Below, piece after piece: positions 17,598 through 27,322 of a stretch of 64,000 bases of DNA. The stretch comes from an uncultured Bacillota bacterium. GTDB taxonomy: Bacteria > Bacillota_I > Bacilli_A > RF39 > UBA660. The position numbers and the translations under genes are program-made. The notes under the pieces were generated by a model that saw nothing but the letters and a program-made list of their open reading frames with translations, was not told where the DNA came from and searched no databases. Location of the stretch: the NCBI GenBank assembly GCA_905205665.1, contig CAJLEF010000002.1:13788-77787 (forward strand), given 5' to 3'. Position 1 is the stretch's first letter, and each line of letters opens with the position of its first letter.

Positions 17598-18118
17598 TAT
17601 TCTAAATAATTTTCATTTACATCGTCTATACTTGTAACTTCTTCTTCATCCATGATTTCATCATAATCGTCATCTACATCTTCGATAGGTACTTTTATCT
17701 TAGTATCCCCAACAATTTCTACACCTAACTCTTTTTCAATATCCAAAACAATATTACCATCTTTAACTTCTACATTCGTCACAGTAGGTTGTTTAAGACT
17801 TCTCACAATGATTTCAGAATTATTCGTTAAAGTACCAGAATCTTTTAAAGGAACATTAAGAAGTTCATTATATGCAAATTTTTTAGTATTTACCTTTGTC
17901 TTAGTATCATTATCATAAGAATACCAAACATTGACATCAAAAGAGCCATTAACACCTACTTTTCCACTCATATTTGATCCTGAAAAATTATGATTAATAA
18001 CCCAACAACCTAAAACGGTATCACAGGCTTCATCAGGAGTAAAAGAAAAATGCATACTATTTGTTTTTTTGGCTTTACCTATCACGGCTTTCGTTACAAT
18101 CTCTTTAAAACTTGCCAC
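17597..18118 (-). CDS. cotE: outer spore coat morphogenetic protein CotE
   Basis: FKEIVTKAVIGKAKK...LGCWVINHNF...DVNVWYSYDNDTKT and the acidic C-terminal tail parallel B. subtilis CotE. GTG start with a GAGGTGA RBS. Confidence 0.85.
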   Translation of the reverse strand: MASFKEIVTKAVIGKAKKTNSMHFSFTPDEACDTVLGCWVINHNFSGSNMSGKVGVNGSFDVNVWYSYDNDTKTKVNTKKFAYNELLNVPLKDSGTLTNNSEIIVRSLKQPTVTNVEVKDGNIVLDIEKELGVEIVGDTKIKVPIEDVDDDYDEIMDEEEVTSIDDVNENYLE

Positions 18119-18134
18119 TTTATCACCTCTAATG

Positions 18135-18162
18135 TAATTTATGCATTTATCTGTGTTTTTGT
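18135..18162 (-). promoter_or_regulatory. candidate mother-cell (sigma-K/E type) promoter of cotE
   Basis: On the minus strand: AC, 17 nt, then CATAAATTA. This matches the sigma-K consensus AC-N16-17-CATANNNTA. Confidence 0.4.
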
Positions 18163-18178
18163 ACTCATTTTTAAGCTT

Positions 18179-18913
18179 TTAATCAAAAAGTAGCTCATTA
18201 AAAGCCGAAGCTACAACTTCTGACATAATATTTAAATCTTTTTCTAATCTAAAATGATTTAAATAAGTTTTATGCATTTTAAACATTGTCGGATACCCAA
18301 TAGAAAGAAGTGGTATATTAAAGGTTTTTCTCGTAATTTCTTTATTACTTCTTAATTGATTGGCAAAACAAATACCACAATCATTAACTTCTAATGTTCG
18401 ATTTAAATTTTTAAAATGATTTGTTGTAAAAGAGTCGACAAGAATAATTAAATCTGGTTTTAAATGATTAACAACCATCTCAATAAGTTTATAAGATGAA
18501 ATACCTGTTTTGTTGGTCGTATCCGGTGTAAAAAGAGCGACTTTAGGTAAAACTAAAAAATCATTATAAGCATTCGTGGAAATTAAATTATTTAAAACTT
18601 TAGGTCCAAAACTGTCCCCTAAAATATTTTTAGAACCTAAACCAATAAATAAGATGGTTCCTCCCTTATGATATTTTTTTAAAAAGGTTTTCAGTGTCTT
18701 TTTAAGCACTTTTTTTAAACTTTCTTTTTCTTCATAAAGTACCATATCATCAAAAGAAAAAACAAAATAATCTCCTGCTTCTTCATGGATAGTTTTTTTA
18801 TCATTTTCTGTAATTAAATAATGTCTTATCATAACATCTTTTTCTTTTGTTTCTGCAATAAGTTTTTCTTTTTCTAAAGACTCCGCTACATCTAAAAGAA
18901 TATTTCGATTCAT
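18179..18913 (-). CDS. gpr: GPR germination protease (short form)
   Basis: ILFIGLGSKNILGDSFGPKV and PDLIILVDSFTT align with the two catalytic-Asp regions of B. subtilis GPR (VGLGNWNVTPDALGP; FVIAIDALAAR). At 244 aa it lacks the C-terminal ~120 aa. Confidence 0.7.
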   Translation of the reverse strand: MNRNILLDVAESLEKEKLIAETKEKDVMIRHYLITENDKKTIHEEAGDYFVFSFDDMVLYEEKESLKKVLKKTLKTFLKKYHKGGTILFIGLGSKNILGDSFGPKVLNNLISTNAYNDFLVLPKVALFTPDTTNKTGISSYKLIEMVVNHLKPDLIILVDSFTTNHFKNLNRTLEVNDCGICFANQLRSNKEITRKTFNIPLLSIGYPTMFKMHKTYLNHFRLEKDLNIMSEVVASAFNELLFD

Positions 18914-18956
18914 AATATCACCTTTATTAATATGAACTATGAACCTTAAAAATATG

Positions 18957-19190
18957 TTAACGAATTAAAAATTCACCCGTATAACGAGAAGCATAATTTT
19001 GTTTCATTTGCCTTAAAAATTGTCGGTTATGAAAAACTTGGTTATGATTTTTGATAACGATTCTTTCAACGCCATAATCATCAATGATTCGAAATATTTT
19101 TGCTTCGATTTTAGAATAATCATTCGTATCTAAAGAATCAACAATATCCACATAAAGAGTTTCATTTTGATAATATAAATCCATAGACAT
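18957..19190 (-). CDS. hypothetical small protein
   Basis: ORF directly upstream of gpr. The start is ambiguous (19184, 19190 or 19202). No recognised family. Confidence 0.35.
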   Translation of the reverse strand: MSMDLYYQNETLYVDIVDSLDTNDYSKIEAKIFRIIDDYGVERIVIKNHNQVFHNRQFLRQMKQNYASRYTGEFLIR

Positions 19191-19249
19191 CACCAGTAAC
19201 AATGTATCAAATTAAAGACTTAGAAAAAAGGCTTTCGACATAATAAGCT

Positions 19250-19271
19250 AAAAAAAAGACCTCTTGGTCTT
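19250..19271 (-). terminator. intrinsic terminator after the yqeY-like gene
   Basis: On the minus strand: AAGACC-AAGA-GGTCTT, then T8. The hairpin overlaps the stop codon. Confidence 0.55.
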
Positions 19272-19710
19272 AAAATTTACTTTTAACAAGTTTGCTTACT
19301 AAAGACATATCCGCTTGAGTACCAATTTTATCCGTTAAATATTTCATAACTTTACCCATATCTTTAATACTTTCTGGTTTTAAATTTTGGAAAGCTTCTT
19401 CTACTTCCTCTTTGATTTTTTCTTCACTTAATTCTTCTGGTAAATAAACTTTCAAAACATCGATTTCTTTTTGCAAGTCAGCAATTTCTTCTGTTTTACC
19501 ATATTTTTCAAATTCTACTATAGAATCTTTTCTTTGCTTGACGGCTTTTTTAATGACACTCATGACTTCCTTATCATCTAAATCTTTTTTTAAATTTATT
19601 TTTTCTAATTGTAAGGAACTTTTTAACATTCTTAAAACAGATAATTTAAATTTGTCTCCTGTTTTCATAGCTCCTTTCATATCTTCAGATATACGTTCAT
19701 TTAAATTCAT
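19270..19710 (-). CDS. yqeY: GatB/YqeY domain protein
   Basis: MNLNERISEDMKGAMKTGDKFKLSVLRMLKS... is typical YqeY. It sits in the conserved position after rpsU. Confidence 0.8.
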   Translation of the reverse strand: MNLNERISEDMKGAMKTGDKFKLSVLRMLKSSLQLEKINLKKDLDDKEVMSVIKKAVKQRKDSIVEFEKYGKTEEIADLQKEIDVLKVYLPEELSEEKIKEEVEEAFQNLKPESIKDMGKVMKYLTDKIGTQADMSLVSKLVKSKF

Positions 19711-19777
19711 GTTATTTCCTCTTTTCTTTCTAATATTTTACTACAGACAAAAGAAAAAATACAGTTCAAACTGTATT

Positions 19778-19969
19778 TTAGTAACTACGATGTTTACGAG
19801 AATTACGAATATTTTTCTTCTTTTCTTCTCTTTTCTTTACTCCTGGTTTTTCGTAATGTTTTCTTTTTTTAACTTCTGAAGGGACACCACTTTTTGCAAC
19901 AACGACTTTCCATCTTTTTAATGCTTTATCAATATCGCCATCTTTAACTATAACTTTATTGGAATTCAT
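19778..19969 (-). CDS. rpsU: 30S ribosomal protein S21
   Basis: DIDKALKRWKVVVAKSGVPSEVKKRKHYEKPGVKKR matches the S21 pattern. Confidence 0.9.
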   Translation of the reverse strand: MNSNKVIVKDGDIDKALKRWKVVVAKSGVPSEVKKRKHYEKPGVKKREEKKKNIRNSRKHRSY

Positions 19970-20070
19970 GCTATTTCACCCTCCCTTCGTAATTTCTACA
20001 ATAGATTATAACACTTGAATTTTCTATATGCAAGAAAAAAAGCGCATATTAGCGCGTAAAAACTCGAATT

Positions 20071-20598
20071 TTAAACACTCATAAGTTCTTTTTCTTTTTC
20101 TTTAAATTTTTCATCAACAATTTTGTTGTATTTATTAATTAATTCTTGAATACTGTCTAATTCCTTTTTCTCTTGATCTTCTGGTAATTCTAGTAATCTA
20201 ATTTCTTCATTGGCATCTTGGCGAATGTTTCTTAAAGCAATTTTGGCTTCTTCACATTCTTTTTTAGCATCTTTAACATATTCTCTTCTTCTGTCTTCTG
20301 TTAATTCAGGAACGGTTAAAATAATCATTTCGCCATTATTAGTTGGAGTGATACCAATATTTGCTTCATGAATAGCGTGTTCAATATCTTTTAAAACACC
20401 TCTATCAAAAGGTTTAATCATTAATTGTCTAGCTTCTGGAACGGTAATATTGGCAAGACTTTGTAAAGGAGTTAAGGCTCCATAGTAAGAAACCATGATT
20501 CCACTTACCATTCCTGGATTAGCTCTTCCTGCTCTGATATTTAAAAGTCTATTGTCTAAACTTTCCATTGCTTTTTGCATTTGTTTTTCTGTATTCAT
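20071..20598 (-). CDS. frr: ribosome recycling factor
   Basis: LLNIRAGRANPGMVSGIMVSYYG...ITPTNNGEMI...LTEDRRREYVK is canonical Frr. Confidence 0.95.
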   Translation of the reverse strand: MNTEKQMQKAMESLDNRLLNIRAGRANPGMVSGIMVSYYGALTPLQSLANITVPEARQLMIKPFDRGVLKDIEHAIHEANIGITPTNNGEMIILTVPELTEDRRREYVKDAKKECEEAKIALRNIRQDANEEIRLLELPEDQEKKELDSIQELINKYNKIVDEKFKEKEKELMSV

Positions 20599-20612
20599 AT
20601 TTATCCTCTTTC

Positions 20613-21173
20613 TTAATTTTTTTCTATTTTATTATTTTCTAAAAATGTTTTTAATTCATTTTTTATATTATCTCCGATGATTTCACCTTTTAAAGTACCA
20701 TCTTCAAAATACATAAGATATGGGGTATAAGCAAAATGATTTTTGATATTTTCATCTAAATTGGTAAAATCTTGCACAATCGTCATGGAATTATCATATA
20801 AATCTTTATTAAAATAATAAAAACTTATTTGGCTTTGCTCATATTCTTTTTTTAAATCCGGAAGTAATCTTTCACAAACTACACAGTCATTTTTAGAAGA
20901 AAGTAAAAGAAAACTTTCCTTATTATTTATTTTATCCATCACTTGTTCTAAACTTAACTCTGTTAAAAAATCTATCTTATATTCTTCCTTAGAAGCCCCA
21001 CCAAAAACACGGTCATTAGGGTTAGGATTACTTTTGATAAAATGTAAGGCAATCTGATCTCCCATGGCAATAAAAATAATGACAACAACAATAAAAGTAC
21101 AATACCAAAATTCACTTTGTTTTTGATTATCATCTATCTTCTCATCATTCTTGTGTTTTTTCATCATCTTCAC
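20613..21173 (-). CDS. membrane-anchored thioredoxin-fold protein (CxxC)
   Basis: One N-terminal TM helix and a CVVC motif in a thioredoxin-like context (FLLLSSKNDCVVCERLLPDL). Confidence 0.5.
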   Translation of the reverse strand: MKMMKKHKNDEKIDDNQKQSEFWYCTFIVVVIIFIAMGDQIALHFIKSNPNPNDRVFGGASKEEYKIDFLTELSLEQVMDKINNKESFLLLSSKNDCVVCERLLPDLKKEYEQSQISFYYFNKDLYDNSMTIVQDFTNLDENIKNHFAYTPYLMYFEDGTLKGEIIGDNIKNELKTFLENNKIEKN

Positions 21174-21768
21174 CTAAATATTTTTGTAATAAAATACCTA
21201 AATTAACCATTTTAGAAGCAATTTTATCATTTGTCCAATAATCATCGATAGAAACATCACCATGAATAATACTTGTTTCATCATCATAGAAAACAATATT
21301 GCCATCTTTTACACCGATTAAAGTAGGAGCATAAATATCACTATTATCATTGTCCAAATAAGGAACATAACTAGATAATTCTTTAACTATATTTTCATAA
21401 TAGTGATTATTATTACTACGATCATTTTTAAAATTGTAATAGTAAATCTCTTTAATGCCGAGTCTTTCGGCGGTATCATTTAAAATTTCAGCATATTTAC
21501 TACTCCATTTATTTTCCGGAAAAGCCATAAAAATTAAAGCTTCTTTGGTATTCATCATTTCTAAGACTTCTTTAGCTGTTGTATATTTAAAAACGTTTTG
21601 ACTAGTTATACCATACTCCTTGGTAAAAGATTCACTATCAGTAAGTTCTCTTTGAGGAGCATTATAGTTTTTGGTTCCTAAATAGATAAAAGCCCAGATT
21701 AAGAAAATAAAACTTATTACATAAAATATTTTTTGCCACATTGGCATTGGTTTTTTCTTTACTTTCAT
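21145..21768 (-). CDS. membrane-anchored thioredoxin-fold-like protein lacking CxxC
   Basis: One N-terminal TM helix. Its architecture parallels the downstream gene (ALIFMAFPENKWSSKYAEILND). It overlaps that gene by 29 nt. Confidence 0.4.
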   Translation of the reverse strand: MKVKKKPMPMWQKIFYVISFIFLIWAFIYLGTKNYNAPQRELTDSESFTKEYGITSQNVFKYTTAKEVLEMMNTKEALIFMAFPENKWSSKYAEILNDTAERLGIKEIYYYNFKNDRSNNNHYYENIVKELSSYVPYLDNDNSDIYAPTLIGVKDGNIVFYDDETSIIHGDVSIDDYWTNDKIASKMVNLGILLQKYLGEDDEKTQE

Positions 21769-21849
21769 AGTTTTCTCTCCTTAAACCCTATTATATCAAG
21801 GAAAAAGGGATAAAAAAAGACACTTTACTCAAAAAAGTGTCTAAATTTG

Positions 21850-22725
21850 TTAATTTCCTTTAACTTGATTCATTACTTCAGAAGCAAAGTCATCGTTTCT
21901 TTTTTCCATGCCTTCACCAACTTCATAACGAATGGCTGTTTTTAGTTCTCCACCATTATTTTTGATATATTGGTTTACTGATAAACCACCATCTTTAATA
22001 AAGGCTTGTTCTACTAAGCAAATTTCTTTATAGAATTTATGCATTCTACCTTCTACCATTTTTTCAGCAATTTCAGCTGGTTTTCCTTCACCCATAGCAA
22101 GTTCTTTTTGAACTTCTTTTTCATGATTCACAACATCTTCAGGTACATCAGAAATAAAGACATAGCTAGGACGCATAGCAGCTTGTTGCATAGCAACATC
22201 TTTAGCTACTTCTTCGTTAGCTCCTTTTAAAACGACTAAACTAGCAATTTTTCCGCCCATATGAATATATGAACCAAATACTTCGCCGTCTTCTAATGTA
22301 AGAATTTGGAAACGACGTAAAGAAAGTTTTTCACCAATTTTAGTTGTTTTAGCAACAATTAAATCTTTAATAGTGCCATTTTCTGTATTAACTTCCATAG
22401 CTTCTTCTAAAGTTTTAGCGTTGCTTTTTAATAAAGCCATACCGATTTCTTTAATCATATCAGTAAATTCTTCATTTTTACTAACGAAATCTGTTTCAGA
22501 ATTCACTTCTAAAATAACAGCTTTATTACCATCAACAAAAATATTAGCTAAACCCTCAGCCGCAATACGGCTTTCTTTTTTATTAGCTTTAGCAATACCT
22601 TTTTCTCTTAGGTAATCTTCAGCAGCAGCCATATCTCCGTTTGTTTCTGCAAGAGCTTTTTTACAGTCCATCATGCCAGCTCCTGTTTTTTCTCTTAAAT
22701 TTTTAACCATTTCAGCGGTTACCAT
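21850..22725 (-). CDS. tsf: elongation factor Ts
   Basis: MVKNLREKTGAGMMDCKKAL. The ATG at 22725 is preferred, with a GAAAGGA RBS. Confidence 0.95.
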   Translation of the reverse strand: MVTAEMVKNLREKTGAGMMDCKKALAETNGDMAAAEDYLREKGIAKANKKESRIAAEGLANIFVDGNKAVILEVNSETDFVSKNEEFTDMIKEIGMALLKSNAKTLEEAMEVNTENGTIKDLIVAKTTKIGEKLSLRRFQILTLEDGEVFGSYIHMGGKIASLVVLKGANEEVAKDVAMQQAAMRPSYVFISDVPEDVVNHEKEVQKELAMGEGKPAEIAEKMVEGRMHKFYKEICLVEQAFIKDGGLSVNQYIKNNGGELKTAIRYEVGEGMEKRNDDFASEVMNQVKGN

Positions 22726-22752
22726 AAAATTCAAATCCTTTCCAATATAATT

Positions 22753-23526
22753 TTATTCAGCACTTTTTTTAGTATCTTCTTTTTTTCTGTCGTCTTTGCT
22801 TTTCATTTCTTTAGCAACTTCTTCAGAAGAATAATCTACTAATTCAAGATTGTTAGCTTCACAAATAGCATTGTTTAAAGCACCCATAACAACTTTGATA
22901 GCTTTAACAGCATCATCATTTCCTGGAATAACAAAATCAACATCATCAGGATCACAGTTTGTATCAATTAAACCAAATACAGGAATATTTAATTTTCTAG
23001 CTTCATGAATAGCATTAGCTTCCTTCTTAGAATCAATAATAATGATAGCTTGTGGAAGTTTATTCATACCACGAATACCAGAAAGTAAACGATTTAATTT
23101 ATCATATTCTTTTTTAAGACCAATAACTTCTTTTTTAGGTAAAACTTCAAAAGTTCCATCAGCTTCCATTTTTTCGATTTCTTCAAGTCTATTAACACGA
23201 CGACGAATTGTGCGGAAGTTTGTTAATGTACCACCTAACCAACGTTCAGTTACATAAAAAGATTTACTTCTTAAAGCTTCTTCTTTAACAACTTCACCAG
23301 CTTGTTTTTTAGTACCTACAAATAAGAAAGTACCACCATTTTCAGCTATAGATTTCATTTCAGCATAAGCTTTTTCCATACCTTCAACTGTTTTGTCTAG
23401 ATCGATAATATAAATATCATCTCTAGCTCCATAAATATAAGGTTTCATTTTTGGATTCCATCTTTTTGTTTGATGTCCAAAATGAACACCAGCTTCTAAT
23501 AAAACATTCTTAGAAACAACGCTCAT
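22753..23526 (-). CDS. rpsB: 30S ribosomal protein S2
   Basis: [23 protein letters not shown] is canonical S2. Confidence 0.95.
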   Translation of the reverse strand: MSVVSKNVLLEAGVHFGHQTKRWNPKMKPYIYGARDDIYIIDLDKTVEGMEKAYAEMKSIAENGGTFLFVGTKKQAGEVVKEEALRSKSFYVTERWLGGTLTNFRTIRRRVNRLEEIEKMEADGTFEVLPKKEVIGLKKEYDKLNRLLSGIRGMNKLPQAIIIIDSKKEANAIHEARKLNIPVFGLIDTNCDPDDVDFVIPGNDDAVKAIKVVMGALNNAICEANNLELVDYSSEEVAKEMKSKDDRKKEDTKKSAE

Positions 23527-23686
23527 AAAAACATCCTCCTTCGTTTTTTCTTCTGCCTAGATCTTCTCAAAATTTTCACTCAACGCCGTGAGCACTCGAA
23601 AACCTTAATCCCTAGTGCATGTTTATTTGCTTTTATTAAGCACGTTTATTGTACCAAAATATTTTTAGAATAACAAGTAAATTTGA

Positions 23687-23983
23687 CTATTCATGCTCTT
23701 TTACAAAGGCTACTACTTCACTTTTACTCATTAAGCCAATTTTTTTGCCCATTTCTTGACCATCTTTAAATAAAATAAGGGTGGGAATGGACATAACTCC
23801 AAAAGAAATAGCTAAGTCTTGATGTTCATCTGTGTTTACTTTCAAAACATTCAAGTTTTCACATTCTTCTAAAATAGCTCCCATTCGTTGACAAGGTCCA
23901 CACCAATCGGCATAAAAATCAACTAAAGTGATGCCCTCTTTTATTTCATCATTAAAATTCTCATTTTTTAAATATTTTATCAT
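23687..23983 (-). CDS. trxA: thioredoxin
   Basis: WCGPC active site, 98 aa. Confidence 0.9.
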   Translation of the reverse strand: MIKYLKNENFNDEIKEGITLVDFYADWCGPCQRMGAILEECENLNVLKVNTDEHQDLAISFGVMSIPTLILFKDGQEMGKKIGLMSKSEVVAFVKEHE

Positions 23984-24073
23984 AATTTTTTCCTTTCTTT
24001 TTCTTTCTTATTTTAACATACTTTCTTTAATTTTATGCAAAATAAAAAAGACATTTCATCTTATAAATGCCTT

Positions 24074-24748
24074 TTAAAAAGTAAGTTTGCCTTTTTCTAT
24101 TAATTCGTCTACTGCCTCTTGCTTTACAATATCATATTTAAGTAAAATATCTAAGCACTTTTTATTATATTCTTTTTTGTTATGAATGTTTTGATCCTTA
24201 ATACTAATGATTTCTTTAACAGCTGCTACAGATTCTTCGGTTAAATTAGATAAACCTGGACTAGATTCGGTAATAACTCCCCCTAATCTACTTTCTAAAA
24301 TAAGTTCGTTAGTAGTGGGAAGCATAGAAAGTAAAAATAATGCAATAAAAACAAATAAATAACTTTCTAAGAAACCAAATAAAGCTCCTAATAATTTGGA
24401 AGGAATTCCTAAAATAATGGTGAAATCTAAAATTTTTTCAATTCCTCCCGTTATTTTTATAACAATTTGTAAAACACTCATAAGAACGATATAAACCAAA
24501 ATAAAGGCAATTGCTTCATAAATAATTATGTTTAAAACCGTTAATCCTTCAAAATCACCTGCAAAGTTGAAAAAAGGACAAACAGAATACAATATTTTTG
24601 AAACGGGATTTTTAAGCCAAAAAGAAAGAATTAATACCACAATAGCGCCTACAAACATAGTAGCACTTTTAATAACCCCTCTTTTAAAGCCAACCACAGC
24701 TCCCATAAGTAAAAATAAAATAATAATACTATCCACAATACTCGTCAT
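24074..24748 (-). CDS. CvpA-family membrane protein
   Basis: IVDSIIILFLLMGAVVGFKRGVIKS at the N terminus and 4-5 TM helices. Divergent from rnhC, as in Bacillus. Confidence 0.7.
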   Translation of the reverse strand: MTSIVDSIIILFLLMGAVVGFKRGVIKSATMFVGAIVVLILSFWLKNPVSKILYSVCPFFNFAGDFEGLTVLNIIIYEAIAFILVYIVLMSVLQIVIKITGGIEKILDFTIILGIPSKLLGALFGFLESYLFVFIALFLLSMLPTTNELILESRLGGVITESSPGLSNLTEESVAAVKEIISIKDQNIHNKKEYNKKCLDILLKYDIVKQEAVDELIEKGKLTF

Positions 24749-24834
24749 ACACCAAGCTCCTTATCTTTTTTCATTATAAAATATTTTATTTTCATAAGCA
24801 AGTATTTATGTTAAACTAAAAACGGTGATGGAAA

Positions 24835-25767
24835 ATGACGATTGTTTTTAAAGTGAGTGAACCATTAAAACAAAAAATGGCAAAATATTATGAAGATAAA
24901 AAAAGAGATAAAACACCTCCTTATGCTATTTTTCAAGCCGAAGAAGGTGGCACAATTATTACTTTATATGAATCTGGAAAAGCCATGTTTCAAGGCATTA
25001 GCGCGGATATTGACGCTAATATGTGGAAAGATATTGAAAGAAATTTAACAGGTAATGTTATCGAAGTAAAGGATACCAAAGAAATGAAAAAAGAAGAAAA
25101 AGAAACCAGAAAGAACTTTTATTCTTTAAGTACTATTGGGTCTGATGAAGTGGGTACAGGAGATTTTTTCGGTCCTATTGTTGTCACAGGTGCTTATATT
25201 TCTAAAGAACAAGTTTCAAAAATGGAAGAACTTGGTGTGAAAGATTCCAAAAAATTAACAGATGAGAAAATTTTAGAAATTGGTCCTACTCTTATTAAAG
25301 AAGTAAATCATTGTACTTTTATTTTAAATAACACATCTTATAATGAGTATCAAAAAAAAGGTTACAATATGAATAAAATTAAAGCAATCTTGCATAACAA
25401 AGTTTTAGTAGAAATGAAAAAAAGACAACCTTCTTATGATAAAATTGTTGTCGACCAATTTGTTTATCCCCGAAAATATTTTGAACACATTAATGAAGCT
25501 ACCGAAAAAGTAACTGACATTACTTTTGTCACAAAAGCCGAAAGCATTTGTGCATCTGTGGCAGCTGCAAGTTGTATTAGTCGTTACGTTTTTTTGAAGA
25601 AAATGGATGAAATCAGTGATGAAATTCATTTACCTTTACTAAAAGGAGCTGGTACTTTAGTCGATAAACAAGCTAGTGAAATTGTTAAGAATTATGGAAT
25701 GGATAAATTAAAAGAAATTGCTAAATTAAATTTTAAAAATACAGAAAAATTAAAGGAATATCTATAA
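24835..25767 (+). CDS. rnhC: ribonuclease HIII
   Basis: N-terminal TBP-like domain (AIFQAEEGGTIITLYESGKAMFQG) plus the GSDEVGTGDFFGPIVV catalytic motif. Confidence 0.9.
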   Translation: MTIVFKVSEPLKQKMAKYYEDKKRDKTPPYAIFQAEEGGTIITLYESGKAMFQGISADIDANMWKDIERNLTGNVIEVKDTKEMKKEEKETRKNFYSLSTIGSDEVGTGDFFGPIVVTGAYISKEQVSKMEELGVKDSKKLTDEKILEIGPTLIKEVNHCTFILNNTSYNEYQKKGYNMNKIKAILHNKVLVEMKKRQPSYDKIVVDQFVYPRKYFEHINEATEKVTDITFVTKAESICASVAAASCISRYVFLKKMDEISDEIHLPLLKGAGTLVDKQASEIVKNYGMDKLKEIAKLNFKNTEKLKEYL

Positions 25768-25784
25768 GCGAAGATATTCCTTTT

Positions 25785-26816
25785 TTAATAAATAGTGATG
25801 GATACTAATTCACTGTGATAAGTCGTTTTAATAGGCATACCCCATTCTCCATAACCAGAAGATATAATAGATTTACTATAACCATTATCATAATAACCAT
25901 ATTTAACAAAATAGTTAGCTGGCCAAATTTGACCACCATGAGTATGCCCAGAAATACTTAAATCTACTTTATTTTCTTCTAGTTCTTTAACGCTCGTTGG
26001 CTGATGTTCTAAGACAATAATAGGCAGTGTCATATCCACATTTTTTAGCATTTGTTCTAAACCTTGAACTTCTCTTGTCATTCTGTCTTTTCGCCCTACT
26101 AAATAATATTTATTATCAATTAATAAAACATCATTTTGTAAAACACGAACCCCACTACTTGTATATTTATGATAAGTTTCTTCATTTAAAACATCATGAT
26201 TTCCCTCAATATAATAACTACCATTTTTGGTTTTGATTTCTTTTAAAATTTCAAAGAAATGTTCTTTTTCTTTTTCGGTTGTCCATTCATCAAAAATGTC
26301 ACCACCTAAAACAAAGATATCATAATTTCCCTCATTGACAATTTTTATTAAATTTTGAAAATTTTCATTTAAATAAGGCGTTCCTAAATGTAAATCACTT
26401 ATAAAAGCTATTTTAATAGGTTCATCAACTTGTTTATCTACTTTAACATTATAAGAAGTTACTACTGGGTGCATGGCATTTAATACTCCATACAAAGTAA
26501 ATAAAATAGATATTACCAGAATGGGATATTCTTTGTAATTTAATTTTTTTAAAAAATTATTAACTTTCTTAAAAGGATAAGATAACAGCCTTAATAAATC
26601 ATATATCATATGAAATAAAGTAAAATAAATTAAAAAGCCCATGAGAGGTGTTCTAAGATAGATATTGAAGCCAATCAGGATAATCAAGCTTATCCAGTAA
26701 ATTAAAGGATAATTTTTCACCTTAGTCGGTAAAACTTTTAACATAATTTTACCAAAATAAAAAACAAATAATAAAATAATAACTAAAAATGGTAAAGACC
26801 AAAAAAGATAATTCAT
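25785..26816 (-). CDS. membrane-bound metallophosphoesterase (YkuE/YaeI-like)
   Basis: N-terminal TM helices, then the calcineurin-like motifs SDLHLG, GGDIFD, GNHD and GHTHGGQ. Confidence 0.8.
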   Translation of the reverse strand: MNYLFWSLPFLVIILLFVFYFGKIMLKVLPTKVKNYPLIYWISLIILIGFNIYLRTPLMGFLIYFTLFHMIYDLLRLLSYPFKKVNNFLKKLNYKEYPILVISILFTLYGVLNAMHPVVTSYNVKVDKQVDEPIKIAFISDLHLGTPYLNENFQNLIKIVNEGNYDIFVLGGDIFDEWTTEKEKEHFFEILKEIKTKNGSYYIEGNHDVLNEETYHKYTSSGVRVLQNDVLLIDNKYYLVGRKDRMTREVQGLEQMLKNVDMTLPIIVLEHQPTSVKELEENKVDLSISGHTHGGQIWPANYFVKYGYYDNGYSKSIISSGYGEWGMPIKTTYHSELVSITIY

Positions 26817-26881
26817 AACGTCAACTCATTTCCTTTATTATAGTAATACATTTCATTAAAAATATTAATATTTATCTTTTA

Positions 26882-27302
26882 TCATTTTTTAGCTTGCAAA
26901 TACTGAATAATAAAAGCAATACTATTTTCAAAAATTTCATCTAAAACGTTTTCATTCAAAATTTGATATAAAGAATCATCGACAATTCAACAGTGTGGCA
27001 AATCTAAATATTTTCTAACTGTATAAATATCTTTTTTGTTTAATCTTAGTTCATCAATTGGTTTAAAATCATCTTTATATTTTTGATACATTTTTTCGCA
27101 ATCCGGAAGATTTATTCCTATACGGTAATCTTTTAGAAAAATAAAGTGTGTCAAATTTCTAGGAACATTTTTTGAAATAGTCGGTAAGTTTATATTTATC
27201 TTGATCCGGAAGCAAGTTACCAATCATAAAATATTTTTTATTAACCTTTAGATATTTACTTATTTCATTTCCAATTTTTGCATGGATTTTCTAACTTGAC
27301 AT
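26882..27302 (-). pseudogene. disrupted small gene (in-frame TAG at codon 4, +1 frameshift in an A-run, in-frame TGA)
   Basis: GAAAGGAAA RBS plus an ATG at 27302. The coding signal continues across three lesions: MSS*KIHAKIGNEISKYLKVNKKYFMIGNLLPDQ...FKK / NVPRNLTHF...LDLPHC*IVDDSLYQILNENVLDEIFENS... Confidence 0.55.
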
Positions 27303-27322
27303 AACTACGATTTCCTTTCAAA

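Noticed and set aside
26987-26989. In-frame TGA as possible evidence for TGA=Trp (genetic code 4) or selenocysteine
   Set aside because: All other genes give full-length products under the standard code and several use TGA as a genuine stop, for example the HD gene at 39715. The same ORF also carries a TAG and a frameshift, so pseudogenisation is the simpler explanation.
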